This document shows positions 56,336 to 64,000 of a stretch of DNA of 64,000 nucleotides, piece by piece (within the stretch, counting starts at the first letter, position 1; the number at the start of each line of letters is the position of its first letter). The position numbers and the translations under genes were made by a program. Source of the DNA: Intoshia linei. Its lineage: Eukaryota; Animalia; Orthonectida. The notes under the pieces are model-generated. The model did not search any database. It saw only the letters and a program-made list of their open reading frames with translations, and was not told where the DNA came from. The DNA lies in assembly GCA_001642005.1 (NCBI GenBank), contig LWCA01000045.1, forward strand, positions 1 through 64,000. The letters run 5' to 3'.

Positions 56336-57669
56336 GTCGAAATATTATATATTTTAATTTGAATTGATGTTTATATGACAGTATTGCGTTGCCAATCTGG
56401 TTACCAGATTTTGGTATATATAGTTGCCTATGAAAAGAATACTCATCAAATAAACATCCATTGTTGTTAAACACTGACAGTGTTTAACACATCTGATTTG
56501 GTAATATTTTCTCGACAACCAATACTGACAGTGATTTACTGTCAATAGTTCACGATATTTTAGATCTAAAGTTATAATTTATTTTATATGTTGAGAACTG
56601 TTCAATGAGAAGTACATTATCCATTGTATATACTTTTTTAGTCTTACAATTCAATTTCAACGTGTTTTGAATCTGGGTTAAAAGCGTAGTTGTATAAACA
56701 CAATGACACATACATACAATGTAAATAGTGGTTTCTGGTAGCATGTTTTGGTTTTGTAATGTGAATGTGAAATTCCTAAATATTTTACTTTATTATATTC
56801 ACATTGAACGAAATATTTTATGATGAAAACACCAAATATCCAGACCCTTGGAATTGAACAACAACCATTAATACAAATTATGTAAAATAAATGAACAAAA
56901 GTTGTAATTGGCACCTCGACAGCATTGTCCATGACATTCTATAAACGGTTTAACTAAAACTTTTTTTACAGGTTCCATAATAAAAAAAATTATAATATAA
57001 ATAATTTTCAAATCAAAGTGTTTTTTCAGCCTATAGCAGTTTACCCTTGACGTATTCATACGTTTTAATTTTAGCATAACATTACATAAACATTTTTTAA
57101 TTTATTTTTTTGACAACAACACTGTTTACAATCTTTTTTCTTTTTCCTTCTTTTTTTGGAGAATTTCTAAAATAAAATAAATATATTTCAGGTAACTGTT
57201 GGTGTGATTTTCTAATTTGTAAAAGAAATAGATCAATGTTTCACAATATAAGCGATATCGAAAACTCATCGTAAAAATTTTTTTCATCAAAACTTGTGAT
57301 ATTTATTTACTGAACAATACAAAAAAAGGATTTGGAAATACTAGAGTAGTTGAAACAATTTTTAAATTATATACATGTAGTTCATGAACAGTGTTCATTA
57401 GGACTATTCCATTTTTCTAATATAAAAATGATTTATATATAGCAGAATGTTTAATAAATATATATATATTATATATAAACAGAAAAGGATTTTTCTACAA
57501 ACATTGAATGCCTAATATGCAAAAGGAGTAAAGCCACCAAGAGTACGTTTAAAGACAAACATTACAATGTACCGAAAACGTCTAGAGTCGGTGAAATTGT
57601 CAGTTCCTATGGTATATATGTGTATATATATGTATATAGTGTATATATGTGTGTATATGTATATATCCA

Positions 57670-60600
57670 TTGTCACTAATGGTATCAATGGAAAAGGAGC
57701 ATGTAAACGAGAAATGGACTCGCTTGAACGTCTGGATATTTACACATTCGTCGATCGTCCAAAGAAGTACAATTGATTCCAACAAGGGTGGTATTTAAAA
57801 TCAAAGAAGATGACAAAAGAAAAGTGAAAAACTTTAAGGTACTTCTTGTAGCAAAAAAATACAAACAACAATACGGTGTTGATTATGAAGATGTATTTGC
57901 TCTCGTATCGAGAATTTCTACGTTTCAATTGATTGTATCAATAGCTTTGAATGAAAATGTCTATATAGAACCTCCAAAAGGTTTTGAAAACTTAGTTCTT
58001 CGACACAAGGTTATGAAATTGAATAAAGCTTTATAAGGCTTGAAACAATCGCCGAAAGTATGGAATGAAACAATTGATAAATTTTTAAAAGACGAATGTC
58101 AATTGACAAAATCAATTGCGGACCCTTGTGCCTACTATTTTCACAATGAAAAAGAGCTTTTAGTGATTGTGCTGATTTATGTCGATGACATAATAATTTG
58201 CTCCAAAACTTTGGATCTCATGAGCAAAATAAAAACAGCATAAAGAAGAACTTCAAAACAACTGACATAGGAAGTCTCAGATACTATCTTGATATTAGCA
58301 TTTGTAGAACTGGTGACTAAATATCAATGTCACAAGAGAACTACATTAATAAGATTTTAGACAAGTTTGAAATGACATCCTGCAAATCACAGTTATCACC
58401 ACTAGGGTCTAAATATTCTCTAAAAAACCTTTCAGAGTCAACTAACGATGATAAACAACAGTTGACCAATGCGCCATATCGCACAATTAGAGGTTCTCTA
58501 TTATACCTCTTAATATGTACAATAGGGTGTCCAAATTTTTTTTATAGAAAAAGTATACCTCGCTAATGTTTCCCATATACCTCAAGAATAATATATAAAA
58601 ATTTATAGACCATGATATTAACATTTGCTCAGGCGGGGACCCGTGCATATTTAAATATAAATTAATATAAAGTTAAAGTTATTTAAAATACTATTTATAT
58701 AATTATTATTAAAACGTATACATTTGTAATGTACATTTTAATTGTGAATTAATCCTTTTTTTAATAAGTAGTAAACTAAAGTATCTATATAACAACACGA
58801 ATTGTATCTTGAATACTACACGTTTCTTAATAAATTGGATTTATTATTATTATATAAGCTAATGAATAGAGAAAAAGTTAATTTGAATAGACTTAATAAA
58901 TGTAGAAGTAAATCATATAGAATGACTACTGAAAAATGCTTGACAGACTTGTCTCGCCTACCGCAAAATAGAGTCATTATTGGAGTCCTATATAACGGTA
59001 TCATTATCTACAAAATCAATATACTATCTCAACAATTAAAATATTAGATAAATATTATGTAGATTTTTACAGACACAACTAAATAGCCAAAGAACTATTG
59101 GTCAATGCAGTTCATCATCTATCGATGATAATAATTTGATGATCGAAGATTTTAATTTTTCGGTTTTTGAATTAATTGAACCTCATTCAGATGACTTATT
59201 GGATGAAGATTATACATTCAATCAAGTTGATACTATTTCAGCAAAACAATCCGCTTTAATATATATTATTACTTCCTCTCGAAAGATGAGTAAAATTCTA
59301 AATTTGTAAATTAATGATTCAAAAATACCAAGTAAAAGTATCATATTTTATAATGCCAACAAAATTTTAAAAACTGTTAAAGATACATCAAAAAATTATC
59401 TATTGTCTTTTAAACTAAAATTCTGTTTGCATTTTGACGATAAACGTAAGATAGAAAAATTAGCAGTTTGCATTTCTGAAGAAAATTACGGAAGACTTAT
59501 AGCCTTACGATCTTTAAGTAATAATAATGGTCGTACAATATGACGAAATTGCAAATATTTTAAAGGAATTTAATCTAAATGATCAAATTTCAATGGTAAT
59601 TTGCGATACGACAAGCGCAAGCACAAATAAAAAACAGGGTGTCATAACATATTTAAAATCTATTATAACTAATTTTACTTATGAATGTTGTCGGTTTCAC
59701 ATCCTAGACCTGATTTTGAAACATGTATTTCTCGCAATTTTTAAAGTAGATACAAATTCTCCAAACATACAATTTTCATTCGTCACAACACTTTAAAAAA
59801 AATTTTTTATTGTTAAAATCACAATATACTGGTGAAATTGAAATCCAAAACAACACAGTTATTAGTGGTAATTGGCGCAATGATTACAAAGAATTGCAGA
59901 ATCTTATTGACGCATACAAAACTCTCAGAAAATTTAAACAAAATCCTATCATCAACTTCATAAAACCTGGATGCATTTTAAATGCTCGATGGAATGGCAG
60001 AACATTATATGCTCTAAAAGCCTATATTATAAACATAGACAGATCCCCTCAAGTTAAAAAAGTTTGTGATTTTATCGTTTATATTTGGTCTCAATGTTGG
60101 TTCACCTGCAGATATCAAATATTTGCAAAATGGAATTCGTTAGAAGAAGAATTGTTATTAAATGTAACATTACTATTATTATTATTTATTTTAGTATCCT
60201 AATGTATTAAAATGCTTAAATAAGCATTGGATTCGTGAAAACCCTTTCAGTAATAGACTTAATATTTCATATATCAATAAAATAGCAGAAAGAAACTGGA
60301 CGAATATTCGATCAGATGCAAATCAAATGAAAAATTGGAACTAATTTGTATACAAAAATTTAATAATTATAATTAAATTATTTTTTCATTAATTTTACAA
60401 ATAAATTAACCTGTCCCGCCAAGCAAAATACTGTTAAATAAAAAACTAAATATTGTATCATACTCTATATCAAAAATGGGACATTAACTGAAAGATACTT
60501 TCTCAATTTCGAAAAAAAAATGTCCATTTAGGACACTCTAATGTACAAGGCCCGATATAACACTTGCAGTAGCAAAATTGACTAAATACTGCATTAACCA

Positions 60601-61200
60601 GCATTACTAGCAGTACCACTGGCAAGCTGCCAAAGGTGTCTTAAGATATTTAAAAGGTACTCAAAAATACCGTCTGAAGTATATTAAACAAGAAACGAGT
60701 CTGAATACGATTGAATCCTATGCAGACGCATCCTTTGCTGATGATCTTATAACGAGAAAATCAAGGAGTAGATTTCTCATTTTCTTCAACCATAATCTAG
60801 TTGACTGGCAATCCAAACTACAGACAATTTGCGCGCACTCAACGGCTAAATCGGAATATATAGCAATTGACAGTGCGGTACGGAAAGTTATTTGGTTTCG
60901 ACCTTTACTCAAAGAACTCTCTTTAACCCAAAATGAACCTAGTGTTATATTTGAGGATAACACAGCCTGCATCGTGATTGCAAAGGGACAGGGAAAATTT
61001 GAAGCTTCCAAGCATATCGAACTAAGGTACCACTACATTCGAGAGAAAGTCGCAGATCCATCAATACGGATGGAATAAGTTACATAGAAAGATCAATTGG
61101 CCGACTTCATGACAAAGCCTTTGGACCGGACAACTTTTGTAAGACTGATTGAAAAAGCTATGAAGCAGCCATTGGATTGAAACAATAATTGACAATTAGC
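57670..61200 (+). mobile_element. Ty1/Copia RT-RNaseH relic interrupted by a hATm
   Basis: GVDYEDVFA, GLKQSP, YVDDII, CT|RPDI, YADASFA, STAKSEY, KHIELRYH and QLADFMTKPL, with stops. Confidence 0.93.
58523..60540 (+). mobile_element. hATm-like DNA transposon with decayed transposase
   Basis: TIR TAG(G/A)GTGTCC and perfect TSD ATGTACAA. Motifs LHFD, CDTT..NK, CRFHILDLIL and PG..NARW are present. Confidence 0.88.
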
Positions 61201-61947
61201 ATGAGAGTTGAAATATTGTAACTATAATTTCTTTAATAAGTTTAATTCTGTAATAAAGTTATATATTGAACGATAATAATTCGACGTGTTTTTGACTTTC
61301 GATATTATCTTTTGTACTTTTCATCCGAAACTCTTTGTCTATAGTTTTGTGCCTCTGTTTGTACAATTGCAGTGATTATTATTATTATCTTGTTGACTTG
61401 ACAAAATTGTTTGAGTGGAAGCATTTAAAATATTTTGACCCAGTTCATATAAACTCGTGTCTTTTTTTTAAATTATATAATTTTTTTAAAAATAACAAAT
61501 ACTTTGTTCGTGAACTGTGTCTAAAGTAAACAATTTTTTAATGATTTTTTTTATTAATATTATTAGTGTCATGATCTATGTTGCCATATTTTTTTACTAT
61601 GAAAAATCTTAGGAAAACAGAAAAGGTAAAGACGCGAGTTTTTTGTGACGATTAATCGGGAGATTATTATCTATATATGTCTTTTTTAAAAAGTCCAAAT
61701 TGGAATAGCCCTAGTGTTCATTGAACACTCATGAAACAATTTCAATTTAATAGGATCAGAAGTAAATTGGTTTGTAAACCCTAGATTAGAGCAAAAATTT
61801 TCAATCACCCATGTAAAATTTTGAGTTGATTGTTTGGTCCGCGTGAGACAAATGCTACTTATTATACATTGATAAATAAAATTTTCATATACTAAAGTTT
61901 TGTCTAAAACTGTTATATAAAAAACGGTAGATACAATTTTTTTATTA

Positions 61948-62165
61948 TCCTTACTTATATAAAACTAGCTTGACTGTTATGTACTACGTACAAACAGCAC
62001 ATAGCTCTGCCGAGGGCACAATTTTATTATACCAAAAAATAAATTCACGTTGAAAATGTAACTTAAAAATCCACTATTCACTATTATTAATTCTTTAAAC
62101 GAGTGGTTTCCAAATTTGTTTCAGGTGGAACCATCATATCACATTACTTTTTACTTTAAAATGAA
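61948..62165. mobile_element. Helitron 5' stub (+) fused to an inverted Helitron 3' end (-)
   Basis: ATCCTTACTTATATAAAA followed directly by CTAGCTTGACTGTTATGTACTACGTAC. Confidence 0.75.
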
Positions 62166-62497
62166 TTGATTCCCAAATTTGGAAAAATGGAGGGTTATTT
62201 ACAAAAATTTCGTCGAGGTTCCCATGCGGTCTCGTGTATGGTAGGTTCGGAGCTGGTCTCCAGCATATACAAACCGCACAATCAAACGATAACACTGCAT
62301 ATTGTATAAGTAAATATTGAAAATTAATGTAAAAACAAAAATAAAATATAATTACTCATTTTCCATAATTTTCTTCAATTTACTAGAAATACGCTGGGCG
62401 TCACTAATTTCACCATTTTGAACATTGATTGAAGAAATCTAAGATTATAAGTTTAATCCTTGCTTATATACAGAAAAAAGGTGTTCATTCTCTAGAG

Positions 62498-62758
62498 CAG
62501 GAGTGCACAACCTTTCCATCAATTCAGCCGCAAAGCCACTTTACTCATTGATACTACGACTGCACAAAATTTATTTGGACACTGAAAAAGTTTAAATCCA
62601 TTTTGAGAAAGTAGCCAAATTCAAAAATGTAACTTTTTGATAAAAATATTTTAAAATGCCCTTGAATAAAATCTGATTTAAACCTTGCAATTTGAAGTAA
62701 AATGATATAGTGCATTATGATCACATGGATTTCCAACGGCCGCAGGTTCTGCACTCTG
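62498..62758. mobile_element. Buster-type hAT MITE
   Basis: CAGGAGTGCACAACC...GGTTCTGCACTCTG with perfect TSD CTCTAGAG. Confidence 0.85.
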
Positions 62759-63166
62759 CTCTAGAGTCATACACCAGCGATATATAGCATGGGTTCTTAA
62801 CCTTTTTCCACTTTGCACCCTTAATTCAATAACTATAACAACCTCTAAGACTCAGATCGACATAATCATCAATATTAATAATTTCACATTATTGATTTTT
62901 TCACGAAATTTTTGTAGGTTTCTTAAGAGTTTTTAGGAATTTTTTTTAACTAATTTTTAAAGATTTTGAATATGCCTTAAAAACTCTACAAATTTCAAAA
63001 TTTTACAAAAATATTTAAAAAATTCAAAATTACCAAAAAATATTTTTAAAATCTTTAAAAACTGGGTAAAAAAATATCTTAAAAAACCCACCAAATCTTG
63101 GGTCAAAAATTATCTTCAATTTGGAGTCTACACAGAAAAAGGGTTGAGAATGTCTGCTATAAATTA

Positions 63167-63651
63167 TCAACTCAAATTTTTCAATTCACAAAAATTTATT
63201 GACAAAATAAATAAATAAATAAAATTCATCCTAAAATTTCGAAATAATGACAATTGAACGTATATATTTGAAATACAGAAATCTTGGTTTAAATCTGATA
63301 AATTGTATCTTTTAAAAACTTTAAGGTATACTTTATTAGATTCAACCGAAATATCATTTAAAAATTTGTAAACTATATTATAAAAATTTTTATACAAAAG
63401 TCAGAATTTCCCAAAAATGTCGATTTTAAAATTTGTCATTTCATAAATATCACTTAAAACGTCGACTGTGACCTACTACACATTAAATAATAAACCTGTA
63501 AAAGTTTTGATTTAATGGAAACTAAATAATAGCTCTTTTCATCATACTTTAACAATTTTTCAGAATACAATAAAACTTGCTCCCTTTCATCCAATTCTAA
63601 GCTATGAAAATAAAAATTAACAAATAAAATTAACAAAATAATAAAAATCAT
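63167..63651 (-). CDS. Possible exons of an unknown gene
   Basis: Two adjacent ORFs, the first with a hydrophobic N-terminus. Further exon-like blocks lie at ~62355-62440. No homology recognised. Confidence 0.25.
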
Positions 63652-63654
63652 AAA

Positions 63655-64000
63655 CTAGGTTGACTGTTATGTACTACGTACAAACAGCACCTAGCTTTGC
63701 CGAGGGCACATTTTTATTATACCAAAAAAATAAATTCACGTTGAAAATCTAACTTAAAAATCCACTATTCACTATTATAAATACTTTAAAGGAGTGGTTC
63801 CCAAACTTGTTTTAGGTGGAACCGTCATATCACATTACTTTTTACTTCAAAGTTAATTATTCCATCTTAATTTTTTGTTTGTTAACATTTGAGTAAAGAA
63901 TTTTAAAAACATATGTTATCCCATTTTTTTAATTTATTAGACAGAATGTGTGTATATAATATTTAAAATAAAGTAAAAACAGTCCAATCCTAAAAATAAA
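63655..64000 (-). mobile_element. Helitron 3' end, running off the window
   Basis: A|CTAGGTTGACTGTTATGTACTACGTAC, the reverse complement of the family 3' terminus. Confidence 0.85.

Noticed and set aside
56354-57077. Chain of Cys-rich minus-strand ORFs
   Set aside because: No consistent splice model or recognisable domain could be built
57610-57670. (TA/TG)n tract
   Set aside because: Ordinary microsatellite that produces spurious ORFs
60718-61011. 97-aa minus-strand ORF
   Set aside because: Antisense to the Copia RNase H region
61200-61340. Possible Copia 3' LTR
   Set aside because: The polypurine tract is degenerate and no matching 5' LTR is seen

Overview
Very AT-rich eukaryotic (metazoan) genomic DNA with GT-AG introns that are either tiny (35-41 nt) or kb-sized and filled with transposons. 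This is consistent with a compact parasite genome such as an orthonectid, but that is inference only. The ORF track misses most genes because of splicing. Host genes read by hand: TRAIP-like RING ligase (+), a ~15 kb class II PI3K (+) that appears to lack its C-terminal C2 domain, the 3' end of an SLC6 transporter (-), an intronless Ly6/quiver-like GPI protein (-), MCM2 (-), a 6-exon minimal CREB (-) whose RRPSY phospho-motif sits on a 16-nt micro-exon, and POLDIP3/SKAR (-) with a GC-AG intron. The rest is a nested transposon landscape: about 10 copies of a non-autonomous Helitron, Buster-type hATs (three share the same 8-bp target), hATm elements, Tigger/pogo MITEs, Tc1, piggyBac, Gypsy and Copia relics. 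The most striking structure is an IR/DR Tc1 element (6988-10991) carrying ~0.9 kb of host transportin-1 coding sequence inside its transposase gene. All calls are by eye; no searches were run.
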